From positions 1,173 to 65,172 of the forward strand of contig JBHHYO010000007.1 of the NCBI GenBank assembly GCA_046757665.1: DNA of 64,000 nt. The letters run 5' to 3'. Each line of letters starts with the position of its first letter. Position 1 is the first letter of the stretch. Origin of the DNA: Nitrospinales bacterium (GTDB lineage Bacteria; Nitrospinota; Nitrospinia; Nitrospinales; JAJDAT01). Shown here piece after piece: positions 29,127-38,513 of the stretch. Under the pieces are notes generated by a model. It made no database searches and was not told where the DNA came from. It saw only the letters and a list, made by a program, of their open reading frames with translations. Position numbers and translations under genes: made by a program.

Positions 29127-30992
29127 TCAGAGCAGTGGTTTGCCGGTGGCGCGGGCGGCCTCCAGTTTTCGCGCCTTGTCCTTGTCCCACCACCACCATT
29201 CGATGATGTTGTTGACGATCCCCGCCTGCGACGGATTGATCCTGGGCCACGAAAACTTATTCCAGTAAACCACACGGTCGTAGGAAATGTACCAGTGCGG
29301 CACGATATAGAACTGGTGCGTCAGAATCCGGTCCATGGCTTGCAGGGCGGTGATCAGGTCCTTGCGTTTTTTGGCGCCGACAATGAGGTCGATGAGCTCG
29401 TCGATGGCCGGGTTTTTAATTCCGGCGTAGTTGCGCGAGCCGGGTGTCTCTGCCGCCTTGCTACCCCACATGGAGCGTTGTTCGTTGCCCGGCGAGCGGC
29501 TTTGTCCGTAGCTGGCGACGATCATGTCGAACTTGAAGTTTCGCAGGCGTTCTTCGTATTCCGCCGCCTGCACGACTTTAATATCCATACTCACGCCGAT
29601 CTTGCGCAGGTTGTTTTTGTAAGGCTCCGAGATGCGTTGCCAGCTCGGCGCGCCCAGGAGCAGTTGAAACTGAAACCGCTTGCCGTTTTTGACGCGGATG
29701 CCGTCCTTGCCGACCTTCCAGCCGGCGGAATCCAGGAGGCGGTTGGCCATGTGGACGTTTTTTTCTAACGGAATACCTTCGCCGGGCGCGCCGACGGGCC
29801 TGGTCAGGGCCGTTTTGGGAACCTGGGTGCCGTATTTCTTTCGCAGGGTTTCCAGGAGCGCCTTCACTTCGCCGCGCGGCGGACCGACGGGTTTCATTTC
29901 CGGGTTATTGTCGAAATAGTCCTCGTTGCGGGTGTATTGGCCGTAGAACAGGTTTTTGTTGCTCCACTCAAAGTCGAAGACCATGGCCACCGCCGCCCGC
30001 ACCTTGCGGGACGCGAAAATTTCGTTGCGCGTGTTCATGGCATAGCCTTGCATTCCGGCGACCCGCTTGTGCGGAATCTCGGCGCGGATGTAGTACCCTC
30101 TCTTGACGAAATCTCCCTGGTAGTCCAGCGCCCAGTCGCGGGAACTGCCCACCGGTTGCACGTCGTATTCACCGCCCTTGAACGCCTCGCGCATGGTGAC
30201 CGGGTCGAGGTAAATCCGCCAGGTGATGAAGTCGTAATTGTACCGGCCGCGGTTGACGGGCACGTCCTTGCCCCACCAGTCGGCATTGCGCTTGAGGGTG
30301 ATGAATTTGCCGAACTCGAATTTGTCCACGACGTAGGGCCCGCTACCCACGGCAATCTCGTCGAAATCCGCACCGAAGGATTTCCCCGGCTGGCCGTAAA
30401 CGTGCCTGGGAAAAATCCGCATCTGCCCGGTGATCAGCGGCAGTTCCTGATTGTATATCCGGAAATGGTACTTTACCCGGTGGGTGTCGAGTTTCTCGAC
30501 GGTTTTGATGTCCTTGAAATATTCCTTGAAGATCGGGTGGTATTCCGGGTCCTTGAGCAGTTCCCAGGAAAATACGAAATCGTCGGCGGTGACCGGATGG
30601 CCGTCGGAGAAGCGGGCGTTTTTGCGGATGTTGTAGATCATGGACATGCGGTCGTCCGCCAGTTCGACGGTTTCCACCAGGTCGCCGTACTGCGAGAACG
30701 GTTCGTTGTCGTCCGACGAACTGTCCATGGCGGTTTGAAACACCAGGCCGATAACGCCCGGCGCGCCGATGCCTTTCAGCGATACCGGGTTCAGTTTGGT
30801 AAACGCGCCGAACGCGCTCAGCACCAGGTGGCCGCCCTTGGGAGCGGCGGGGTTGGCGTAGTCGTAGGGTTGGCCGGGCTTGTACTTCAATCCTTCGGGG
30901 CCGTACATCGACAAGCCGCGCAACTCCTTGCCCTCCAGCGGCGCGCCATGGAATATGACGAAAACGATTAAAAACCGTAGCAGAATGTTCAT
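29127..30992 (-). CDS. ABC transporter substrate-binding protein, family 5 (YejA-like)
   Basis: Start taken at MNILLRFLIVFVIFHG (ATG at 30992). SBP_bac_5-like sequence over ~620 aa. Confidence 0.88.
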   Translation of the reverse strand: MNILLRFLIVFVIFHGAPLEGKELRGLSMYGPEGLKYKPGQPYDYANPAAPKGGHLVLSAFGAFTKLNPVSLKGIGAPGVIGLVFQTAMDSSSDDNEPFSQYGDLVETVELADDRMSMIYNIRKNARFSDGHPVTADDFVFSWELLKDPEYHPIFKEYFKDIKTVEKLDTHRVKYHFRIYNQELPLITGQMRIFPRHVYGQPGKSFGADFDEIAVGSGPYVVDKFEFGKFITLKRNADWWGKDVPVNRGRYNYDFITWRIYLDPVTMREAFKGGEYDVQPVGSSRDWALDYQGDFVKRGYYIRAEIPHKRVAGMQGYAMNTRNEIFASRKVRAAVAMVFDFEWSNKNLFYGQYTRNEDYFDNNPEMKPVGPPRGEVKALLETLRKKYGTQVPKTALTRPVGAPGEGIPLEKNVHMANRLLDSAGWKVGKDGIRVKNGKRFQFQLLLGAPSWQRISEPYKNNLRKIGVSMDIKVVQAAEYEERLRNFKFDMIVASYGQSRSPGNEQRSMWGSKAAETPGSRNYAGIKNPAIDELIDLIVGAKKRKDLITALQAMDRILTHQFYIVPHWYISYDRVVYWNKFSWPRINPSQAGIVNNIIEWWWWDKDKARKLEAARATGKPLL

Positions 30993-31214
30993 TGGCGGTT
31001 TCTCCCTTGCGTCACCGGGACGGCAATTGCCCGGCTCATTAAAACTCAAACACGCGGACGTGATTTTCTATTTTATCACTATCTCCGTCAATTGGCCTAC
31101 GGCTTTTCCCGTCGATTGCCGTCAAAAGGCCGGTCCGTCTTCCCGCCAAAACATGGTAATCTTACCCGTCGGTGTTTCTCGCGATCTCCCGCGTCTATGT
31201 TAATCTGTGGCTGA

Positions 31215-34200
31215 TTGTTTATTAACCAACCTCTGTCCGTCTTGAAGAACCTTCGACCGCGATTCTGGGTTTTCCTGTTTTTTTTCCTCTCCGGCGTTAC
31301 CGGCCTCATCTATGAGGTGGTCTGGACGCGCCTGCTGACGCTGGTCATGGGCAACACGCATTATTCCGTGGCCACGGTGTTGACGGCGTTCATGGGAGGG
31401 CTGGCGCTGGGAAGTTTTCTTGGCGGACGGCTCATCGACCGCGGCTTCGATCCGCTCAAGGTGTACGCTTTCCTTGAGTTCTGCATCGGCGTGTACTGTT
31501 TTTTTGTCCCGGCGCTGACCGAACTGGCACTGCCGCTGTTCAAGTGGATTTACGCGCATTACCAGGACGTCTATCCGCGGGCCGCCGCGTTGCGGTTTCT
31601 GGTTTGCGGAGTCATCCTGTTGGTGCCGACGGCGTTCATGGGCGCCACTCTGCCCGCCTTGAGCAAGTTTGTGGCGAGGGATACGGCGTTCATCGGCAGG
31701 GATGTCGGCGGGTTGTATGCGGTCAACACTTTCGGCGCGGTTCTGGGCGCTTTGTCCAGCGCGTTTGTTCTGATGCCCTGGCTGGGCCTGCGCACGACCA
31801 TTGGGTTTGCGGCGGTGGTCAATATTGCCATTGCGTTGACGATTGTTTTGTTTGTCTCACGCGCCCGCGGCGGCGGCCGGCAACCGGCGGTCGAAAATCT
31901 TCCGGAGGTTGCGCGGGAAAACCCGGCGGGGGAGGGCGGGGCCGGACGGCAAGGACGGCTCATCCTGTGGGTCTTTGGTTTTTCCGGCGTTGCCGCGATG
32001 GTTTACCAGGTGGCGTGGAACCGGATTTTCTCTCTGGTGCTGGGCTCCTCGGTTTATGCGTTCAGCCTGATTGTCACCACCTTTGTTCTGGGGTTGGCGC
32101 TGGGCGCGGCGGTGTTTTCCCGGTTGTGCGGGCTGTTCGGCAACCGGGTCAAGGCGCTGGGTCTTTTACAAGTGGGCATCGGCGTGTCCGCTTTTGCGAC
32201 GCTTCCCCTGCTGGGCTCCGTTCCTCTTTTCAACCGCTGGGTCTATCAGAACTTCGGGGTGGAGTTTGCCCTGGTGCAGTGGAGCCATTTTCTGATCATC
32301 TTCGCCTTTCTTTTCGTGCCGACGTTCCTGATGGGCGGTCAGTTTCCCGTTGTCATCAAGATCGTGGCGGGGAGTCTTTCCCGCGTGGGCCGCGGCGTCG
32401 CTGACGCTTATGCCGCCAACACCGTCGGCGCGATTTTCGGATCGTTCGTCGGCGGGTTTATCCTTCTCCCCTGGATGGGCATTCAAAACTCGATTCTCGG
32501 CGCCGCCGGGCTCAACATCGTCCTGGGAGTTGTGTTGTTGTTATTCGCTTCCGGGCCGGCGTTCAAGCGGTACGTTCTTCCGCCGGCGCTGATTCTTTGT
32601 CTCCTGGGGGCGCGCGCGGTGCCCGCCTGGGACAAGGCCGTCATCTCCAGCGGCTCTTTCATGCCGTACCGGATAGGTGATTTGGACGAGGCGTTGCGCA
32701 AGACCAACAAAATTCTTTTTTACCGCGAGGGACTCCATGTGACGGTGACCACGGAGCTTGCCGTTTCGGGCAATATTTTTTTGCGGGTGAACGGCAAGAC
32801 CGACGCCTCGCTGGCTCTGGACATGCGCACCCAGTTGTTGTCCGGCTACCTGCCGCTGTTTTTTCACAAGCGGCCGGATTCCGTTTTGGTGATCGGGCAG
32901 GGAAGCGGCGTCACCCTGGGCGCGGTGGAGCAGTTCCCCGTCAAGTCCGTCGACCTGGTGGAAATCTCCGGAGCGGTGATCGACGGGTCGCGCTTTTTCG
33001 CGCCGTTCAACCATCACGCTCTGGACGACCGGCGGGTGCGCCTGATTCTGGAGGATGGACGCAACCATATTGCGCTGACGGACAAAAAATATGATGTGAT
33101 CATTTCGGAACCCTCCAACCCCTGGATTTCCGGTGTGGGCGCGCTGTTCACGCGCGAGTTTTTCGATTTGTCAAAAAAAAGGTTGAATCCCGGAGGAATC
33201 ATCTGTATCTGGGTGCATACCAATATGTCGCCGGACAATTTCAAATCGGTGACCGGGACATTTGCCGCCGTGTTCCCTTATGTCAGCATGTGGGAATCGA
33301 TTGTCGGCGATGATTATCTGCTCATCGGGTCGGAGGAGCCCTACAGGCTTCCTTACGCGAAAGTTCAGGCGCTTTTGCACGACAACCCGGTGATACGCAA
33401 GGACCTGGGCGGGATTGGGGTAGGCGATGTCCGCGACCTCATGAGTCTCATGGCCGTTTCCACCGAGGGGTTGAAAAAGTTCAGCCGCGGCGCGCCGATA
33501 CACACCGACGACAATTTGTTGCTGGAGTTCCAGGCGCCGCGGTATATCTATAAGGATGAGCGCGCGGTTCTTGTGCGGCAGATGACGCCGTTTTTTAAAG
33601 TGGACCCGGACCTTCTGGATTTTTCCGGGGCCGATGCCGCCACCCGCGAGCGGGTGTTGGGTGAGATGTTGGCGGTGAAGCGTTCCGAAAGCCAGGTGGG
33701 CGGCATCAAGCGCCGGGCGCGGATCGAAGTGTTGCTGGAGCAGGCGCTCAAGGCGTTTAACCAGGGCTCGCGGGAGCGGGCGCTCGAGATTTATTCCAAA
33801 ATTCTGGCGCTGGACCCGGAGCATGTAATGACCTGGCTCAATAGAGGCAATGTTTACCTGGACCTGGGGCGCTTCGCCGAGGCCGAGGCCGCCTACAAGA
33901 AAACCCTGGCGCTCAATCCGTATTATATTTTCGGCAGTATCGCCCTGGGGAAGTTGTATCTGCGTACCGGGCGTTTCGCCGAGGCGGAAGGGGTTTTGCG
34001 GAAGGTTAATGATTGGCACCCGCACGATGCTGAAGTCCGGGTTTATTTGGGGCTGGCGTATGTGTTTCAAAAGCGGATGGAGCAGGCCCTGGCGGAATTT
34101 GAAACAGCCGTCGCCTTGGACCCCGATCTGGCCCTGGCGCATTATTACCTGGGAATTCATTACCGCCGGCGAAAACCCGGCCGGGCCGAAAAACATTTGA

Positions 34201-34289
34201 AACGGTTCCTTCGTCTGGCGGGTTCCGTGCCGGGCGACGAGAAGCTGATTGCCAACGCCGAAAAATTGTTGCGGTCAATGGACAATTAA
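31215..34289 (+). CDS. Fused polytopic membrane / spermidine synthase-like methyltransferase-fold protein with C-terminal TPR repeats
   Basis: About 480 aa of TM helices, then VLVIGQGSGVTLGAV...DVIISEPSNPWISGVGALFTREFF, then 5-6 TPR units. The TTG start at 31215 is uncertain (an alternative TTG is at 31242). Confidence 0.75.
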   Translation: MFINQPLSVLKNLRPRFWVFLFFFLSGVTGLIYEVVWTRLLTLVMGNTHYSVATVLTAFMGGLALGSFLGGRLIDRGFDPLKVYAFLEFCIGVYCFFVPALTELALPLFKWIYAHYQDVYPRAAALRFLVCGVILLVPTAFMGATLPALSKFVARDTAFIGRDVGGLYAVNTFGAVLGALSSAFVLMPWLGLRTTIGFAAVVNIAIALTIVLFVSRARGGGRQPAVENLPEVARENPAGEGGAGRQGRLILWVFGFSGVAAMVYQVAWNRIFSLVLGSSVYAFSLIVTTFVLGLALGAAVFSRLCGLFGNRVKALGLLQVGIGVSAFATLPLLGSVPLFNRWVYQNFGVEFALVQWSHFLIIFAFLFVPTFLMGGQFPVVIKIVAGSLSRVGRGVADAYAANTVGAIFGSFVGGFILLPWMGIQNSILGAAGLNIVLGVVLLLFASGPAFKRYVLPPALILCLLGARAVPAWDKAVISSGSFMPYRIGDLDEALRKTNKILFYREGLHVTVTTELAVSGNIFLRVNGKTDASLALDMRTQLLSGYLPLFFHKRPDSVLVIGQGSGVTLGAVEQFPVKSVDLVEISGAVIDGSRFFAPFNHHALDDRRVRLILEDGRNHIALTDKKYDVIISEPSNPWISGVGALFTREFFDLSKKRLNPGGIICIWVHTNMSPDNFKSVTGTFAAVFPYVSMWESIVGDDYLLIGSEEPYRLPYAKVQALLHDNPVIRKDLGGIGVGDVRDLMSLMAVSTEGLKKFSRGAPIHTDDNLLLEFQAPRYIYKDERAVLVRQMTPFFKVDPDLLDFSGADAATRERVLGEMLAVKRSESQVGGIKRRARIEVLLEQALKAFNQGSRERALEIYSKILALDPEHVMTWLNRGNVYLDLGRFAEAEAAYKKTLALNPYYIFGSIALGKLYLRTGRFAEAEGVLRKVNDWHPHDAEVRVYLGLAYVFQKRMEQALAEFETAVALDPDLALAHYYLGIHYRRRKPGRAEKHLKRFLRLAGSVPGDEKLIANAEKLLRSMDN

Positions 34290-34368
34290 TCCCGTACACT
34301 ACGATGAAATTTGGTGAGCGGCGGCCGGCTTTGCCGCGGCTTGCTTCTGTTTTCAAAAAGAGGTGTTA

Positions 34369-35112
34369 ATGCCCACGAAAATAAAATGGTTGTGGAGCTT
34401 GTGCAGTTTGTTCGTCTTTTTCGGATTCATTTATGTATCCATAAAGATGGAGGTCGAAAAAGCCGGGGTCAGGCAGGCGCAGGAGCGCGCAACCCGGATG
34501 AAACAGTCCGCCTCGTCCGCCGAACGTCGTCAGAAAAAAACGTTTGACGCCGCCCGCGGGGTAAAGGACATGCGGGAGTTGATCGCAATGGGAAAACACG
34601 AGGATGCGGCGGATTTGGCGCGCAAGGTGCTCCAAAAGGACCCAGACAACGCCCGGGCCTACACCTGGTGGGGGATTTCCCTGGTCAAAATGAAACGTCT
34701 GGATGAGGCTATCGAAAAGTTTGGGCAGGCTTTACGATTGGACCCTCGTCAGCCGAGAACGTTTCTTTACTGGGGGCTCACGTTGAGTATGCAAAAAAAG
34801 TATCGGGAAGCCATTGCGAAATATCAAACGGCGATCGAACTGGACCCCGAAAACGGCAGTGCTTATGCCTATTGGGGCGGCGCCCTGGCGGGATTGCGGG
34901 AGTATCGGCAAGCCATTGATCAACTGCGAAAGGCCCTGGACATCAATCCCTTCAATGAAACCGCGTATGGCGTGCTGGTCGATTCCTATTACCATACCGG
35001 GCAATTCTCCAAGGCCTGGGAAACGGTTTTTGACGCCCGCAAGCGCAATATCCCTCTGGTTCCGGATTCTCTGGAGAGGCTCCGCCGGGCCATGCCCGAA
35101 CCGGCATCGTGA
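34369..35112 (+). CDS. TPR-repeat protein with N-terminal membrane anchor
   Basis: AGAGG 6 nt upstream of the ATG at 34369. Repeated A-x-x-x-Y/W...P motifs (DPDNARAYTWWG, DPRQPRTFLYWG, DPENGSAYAYWG). Confidence 0.7.
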   Translation: MPTKIKWLWSLCSLFVFFGFIYVSIKMEVEKAGVRQAQERATRMKQSASSAERRQKKTFDAARGVKDMRELIAMGKHEDAADLARKVLQKDPDNARAYTWWGISLVKMKRLDEAIEKFGQALRLDPRQPRTFLYWGLTLSMQKKYREAIAKYQTAIELDPENGSAYAYWGGALAGLREYRQAIDQLRKALDINPFNETAYGVLVDSYYHTGQFSKAWETVFDARKRNIPLVPDSLERLRRAMPEPAS

Positions 35113-35359
35113 AGAACCGTCATTTTTTTTGAAAGCAGTAAGGAAACGGTTGGGTTCCCGACTAAGCGCAAGGACGGGAAAGGCGGGCCGGCATGGTTCC
35201 ACGGAAGGCGCCGCAACCCGCTGAATCTAAACAATTGAATGACTTTTTAATCAATATTTGTTATATTACCAATCGAGTCAGGTCTTGTTTTGATCGTATG
35301 AAGTTCGTTGCCAATCACAAATTTCCAACCTTGATTTTCCTGTTCGAGAGGCATTCGAA

Positions 35360-36310
35360 GTGAACCGAAACTATTTCCGAATTTTATCCGCTACGTTTTT
35401 TTTCAGTCTTTGCTTGCAGTTTTTTGCCGCTCCCGGCGTTTCGCGCGCCAATCATCTTTTCTTCGATTCCGAGGATTCCGTTTATGCTTTCCAGGGCATA
35501 AATGCGTTTCATAAAGACAGTTCGGGGAAAGTGAAATTTACGCAAAGCAAGGAAGTCAATATTTCGATGGAGCAGAAGACTTCCGGCGATGCAACGGAGA
35601 AAGAGGGCGGAGATGCCGTCGCCGGCGATGAGCTTGATGAAGAGGGTTTGGACGACAGTTTCGAGGACCTGGAAGACCCCTTTGCAGAGGAAACGCCGGA
35701 GTACCCGGCTATCAATGATCCTTACGAAGGTTACAACCGCTTCATGTTCAACGTAAACGACAAGGCGTACACGTATGTGCTCAAACCGATCGCCACGGGT
35801 TACACAAAAGTGGTTCCCGAGCCGGTTCGTTTAGCGATTAAAAATTTGTTTCTGAATGTCCGTAGCCCGGTCAATTTCGTCAGTAGCGTTGTTCAGGGCG
35901 ATATGGACAAAACCGGCCGCGTGCTGAGCCGTTTGATTATCAACACTACGGTTGGGCTGGGCGGATTGTTCGACGTGGCAAGCAAGTTTGACATCGAACC
36001 CGTGGATGAGGATTTTGACCAGGCCCTGGGCCATCACGGCGTACCCACCGGCCCTTATATCGTTTTACCGCTTTTGGGCCCTTCTTCCGGGAGAAACGCC
36101 ATGGGCACGGTGGTGGATACGCTGTTGAACCCCACGACTTTTGTGTCGCCTTCCTTTGCGGTCGGCACGGGAATTACCTTCACCAACATCACCAACGAAA
36201 CGTCCTTCAATCTGGATGCGTATGACGACCTGAAGGAAAGCGCCGTTGACCCCTACATCAGCCTGCGCGATTTTAATCATCAGTATCGCGAGGGCCTGGT
36301 CAGAAAGTAA
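35360..36310 (+). CDS. mlaA: MlaA/VacJ-family lipoprotein
   Basis: NDPYEGYNRFMFNVNDKAYTYVLKPIATGY...NLFLNVRSPVNFVSSVVQGD...TVGLGGLFDVA. GTG start. Confidence 0.8.
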   Translation: MNRNYFRILSATFFFSLCLQFFAAPGVSRANHLFFDSEDSVYAFQGINAFHKDSSGKVKFTQSKEVNISMEQKTSGDATEKEGGDAVAGDELDEEGLDDSFEDLEDPFAEETPEYPAINDPYEGYNRFMFNVNDKAYTYVLKPIATGYTKVVPEPVRLAIKNLFLNVRSPVNFVSSVVQGDMDKTGRVLSRLIINTTVGLGGLFDVASKFDIEPVDEDFDQALGHHGVPTGPYIVLPLLGPSSGRNAMGTVVDTLLNPTTFVSPSFAVGTGITFTNITNETSFNLDAYDDLKESAVDPYISLRDFNHQYREGLVRK

Positions 36311-36324
36311 GCCTTTTCCGGCCG

Positions 36325-36349
36325 GCCCGTATTCGGGCGTTTTGTATTT
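36325..36349 (+). terminator. Weak terminator-like hairpin after mlaA
   Basis: gcccg-tatt-cgggc (5-bp stem) followed by GTTTTGTATTT. Confidence 0.35.
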
Positions 36350-36455
36350 CCCACCTGCTCCGACAGCCAGATGAATGGCGAATGCGGTTTTGCGGGGGCC
36401 GAGAATTTTTCTGCCTTTGCCGGCATTCCTTTCCTTTCTATTTCCCCCTGTGATA

Positions 36456-36522
36456 AGATTAAAGCATAGGATTAAAGAGAAGATTAAAGGGGTTTAATGT
36501 TTGTTTAATCCTCGTTTAATCT
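36456..36522. promoter_or_regulatory. Palindromic array of six GATTAAA heptamers (3 direct plus 3 inverted) upstream of htrA
   Basis: GATTAAAG at 36457, 36470 and 36482. TTTAAT(C) at 36493, 36504 and 36515 (11-nt phasing). Symmetry centre near 36490. 96 nt upstream of the htrA ATG. Confidence 0.6.
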
Positions 36523-36617
36523 GGAAACCCTATTATTGCATCATGGGTTATAGATGATTGCGAACCCGCTCAATATTTGGGAATTTATATAATTGAACCC
36601 TTAATCGGAGGTATTCA

Positions 36618-38060
36618 ATGTTTAAGAAAATCGTTGCGGTTTCCACTGCAATTGTCTTGTTTTTGCTGATGGGCTTCCCGTTCTCTTCAGGGACGCAAAG
36701 CGGTTTTTCGCCTGTTTTGAAACAGGCGGACGCTTTTACAGGCGGGCCTAACCCCGTAGGTAGCAATATTGTGGTTGAAATCGCCAAGAAAGAAAATCCG
36801 GCCGTTGTTTATGTCAGCACGAAGACCAAACGCAAGGAAGTGGCCCGGAACTTTGGCATACCGGGACTGCCCGATCCGTTTCGCGGTTTTGGTCCCCGCG
36901 GACCCCGCAGACCCCCTCGTGGCGGCACGGGTTCGGGTTTCATTATCGACCCGGAAGGTTTGGTCATGACCAACAACCATGTGGTGGAAGGCGCCGAGGA
37001 GATCAATATTAAACTCGAGAACGAAAAAGAATATAAAGCCGAATTGATCGGCACCGACAAAAAAACGGACATTGCGTTGCTTAAACTTATCCGCGACAAG
37101 GATGATAAGGGCCCCCTGCCTTATTTGCGAATGGGGGATTCGGATAAGCTGGAAGTGGGGGAATGGGTCGTTGCCATCGGCAATCCTTTTGGCCTGAGCC
37201 ATACCGTGACCGTCGGCGTGGTCAGCGCCAAGGGCCGCAATATCGGCGCGGGACCGTATGACGAATTCATCCAGACCGATGCTTCGATCAATCCCGGCAA
37301 CAGCGGCGGGCCCTTGATCAACATGAATGGAGAAGTGGTGGGAATGAATACCGCCATTCTTTCCGGAAACACCGGCGGCAATGTCGGCATCGGGTTTGCC
37401 ATTCCGATCAACCTCGCCAAGGGTATTCTCAAGCACCTCAAGAAAGAGGGGAAAGTTACCCGCGGCTGGCTGGGAGTCATGATCCAGAAAATCACGCCGG
37501 AACTGCAAAAGTCCTTCGGCCTGGCGCAAAAGGACGGCGCCCTGGTGGGCGATGTCATTCCCAACAGCCCCGCCTCTGCCGCGGGAGTCAAGCGCGGGGA
37601 CGTGATTATAAAATTCGATAACCATGAAATCAAAAAGATGGAAAACCTGCCCAAGGTGGTGGCCGGAACTCCTCCCGGAAAACCGGTTGAGGTGGAAGTG
37701 ATCCGTGATGGCAAAAACAAGATGCTCAGCATCACCATCGCCTTGTTGAAGGAAGATGAGGGTCGGCTGGCCTCGCTGGGTGACCCGCTCGGCCTGCAGG
37801 TTCAGGATATCACTCCCGAACTGGCCCAGTCGCTGAGTTTGGAAGATACCGAGGGAGTGCTGGTATCCAGCGTCAAGCCTGGCGAGCCGGCGGCGGAAGC
37901 CGGACTGCGCCGCGGCGACGTCATTGCCGAAGTGAACCGAAAGCCCGTCCGCAGTCTGGCGGAATACAAGGGGTTGATTGCCCACGTCAAGAGCGGCACG
38001 GTGTTGCTGTTGGTAAAACGCAACGGTTCCTCGATTTTTATTGCCGTGAAATTGGGATAA
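36618..38060 (+). CDS. htrA: Periplasmic serine endoprotease DegP/HtrA family with two PDZ domains
   Basis: GSGFIIDPEGLVMTNNHVV (His), TDIALLKL (Asp), GNSGGPLINMNGEVVGMNTA (Ser), two PDZ-like segments. Confidence 0.93.
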   Translation: MFKKIVAVSTAIVLFLLMGFPFSSGTQSGFSPVLKQADAFTGGPNPVGSNIVVEIAKKENPAVVYVSTKTKRKEVARNFGIPGLPDPFRGFGPRGPRRPPRGGTGSGFIIDPEGLVMTNNHVVEGAEEINIKLENEKEYKAELIGTDKKTDIALLKLIRDKDDKGPLPYLRMGDSDKLEVGEWVVAIGNPFGLSHTVTVGVVSAKGRNIGAGPYDEFIQTDASINPGNSGGPLINMNGEVVGMNTAILSGNTGGNVGIGFAIPINLAKGILKHLKKEGKVTRGWLGVMIQKITPELQKSFGLAQKDGALVGDVIPNSPASAAGVKRGDVIIKFDNHEIKKMENLPKVVAGTPPGKPVEVEVIRDGKNKMLSITIALLKEDEGRLASLGDPLGLQVQDITPELAQSLSLEDTEGVLVSSVKPGEPAAEAGLRRGDVIAEVNRKPVRSLAEYKGLIAHVKSGTVLLLVKRNGSSIFIAVKLG

Positions 38061-38077
38061 ACAATCTCAATCGACTG

Positions 38078-38105
38078 TTTCCCCTCCCCGTTTGGGGAGG
38101 GGGAA
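38078..38105. other. Very stable GC hairpin (CCCCTCCCC-GTTT-GGGGAGGGG) between htrA and the next gene
   Basis: A 9 bp perfect stem, extendable to about 12 bp, with loop GTTT. No U-tract on either strand. Confidence 0.5.
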
Positions 38106-38118
38106 AGTCCATCGGACC

Positions 38119-38421
38119 ATGAAAAAAATATTGCCGCTCGTTGTTTTCGTTTTCTTTCTTTTTCCGGCGATTGCCCTGGCCGGGAAAAACGTCAAGTGCA
38201 ATCCTCCGTATAACCCCACCAATATTTTTAAAATCATTTTCTTTTATAAAAAGACGCTGTCTTACATTACCAACGCGCCTTTTTCCTGCCAGCAACCATT
38301 TGCCATGAAGGTTGAGCAAATTGTCCGCTCGACAATGCTTTTTTCCGACCGTTGCGTCCAGGTGACGTTGCGGGACCTGGAGCAAGCCAGGGCACGGCGT
38401 TATAGCCGAAAAACTTCGTAA
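38119..38421 (+). CDS. Small secreted hypothetical protein (100 aa)
   Basis: Signal peptide MKKILPLVVFVFFLFPAIALA. 3 Cys. No family recognised. Confidence 0.45.
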   Translation: MKKILPLVVFVFFLFPAIALAGKNVKCNPPYNPTNIFKIIFFYKKTLSYITNAPFSCQQPFAMKVEQIVRSTMLFSDRCVQVTLRDLEQARARRYSRKTS

Positions 38422-38513
38422 GACAGTTTGCTATTTGCCGATGTTTTTAACCGCTCCGTCTGCCGTCCGCGGGCTTCCCTTGCGGCTTGCTTTCGGTTAA
38501 TCTTGACGGTACG

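Noticed and set aside
36456-36522. Whether the heptamer arrays here, or the one at 59534-59561, could be CRISPR-like
   Set aside because: The units are 7 nt with spacers of 5 nt or less, and there are no cas genes. They are far too short for CRISPR, so I treat them as regulatory or simple repeats.
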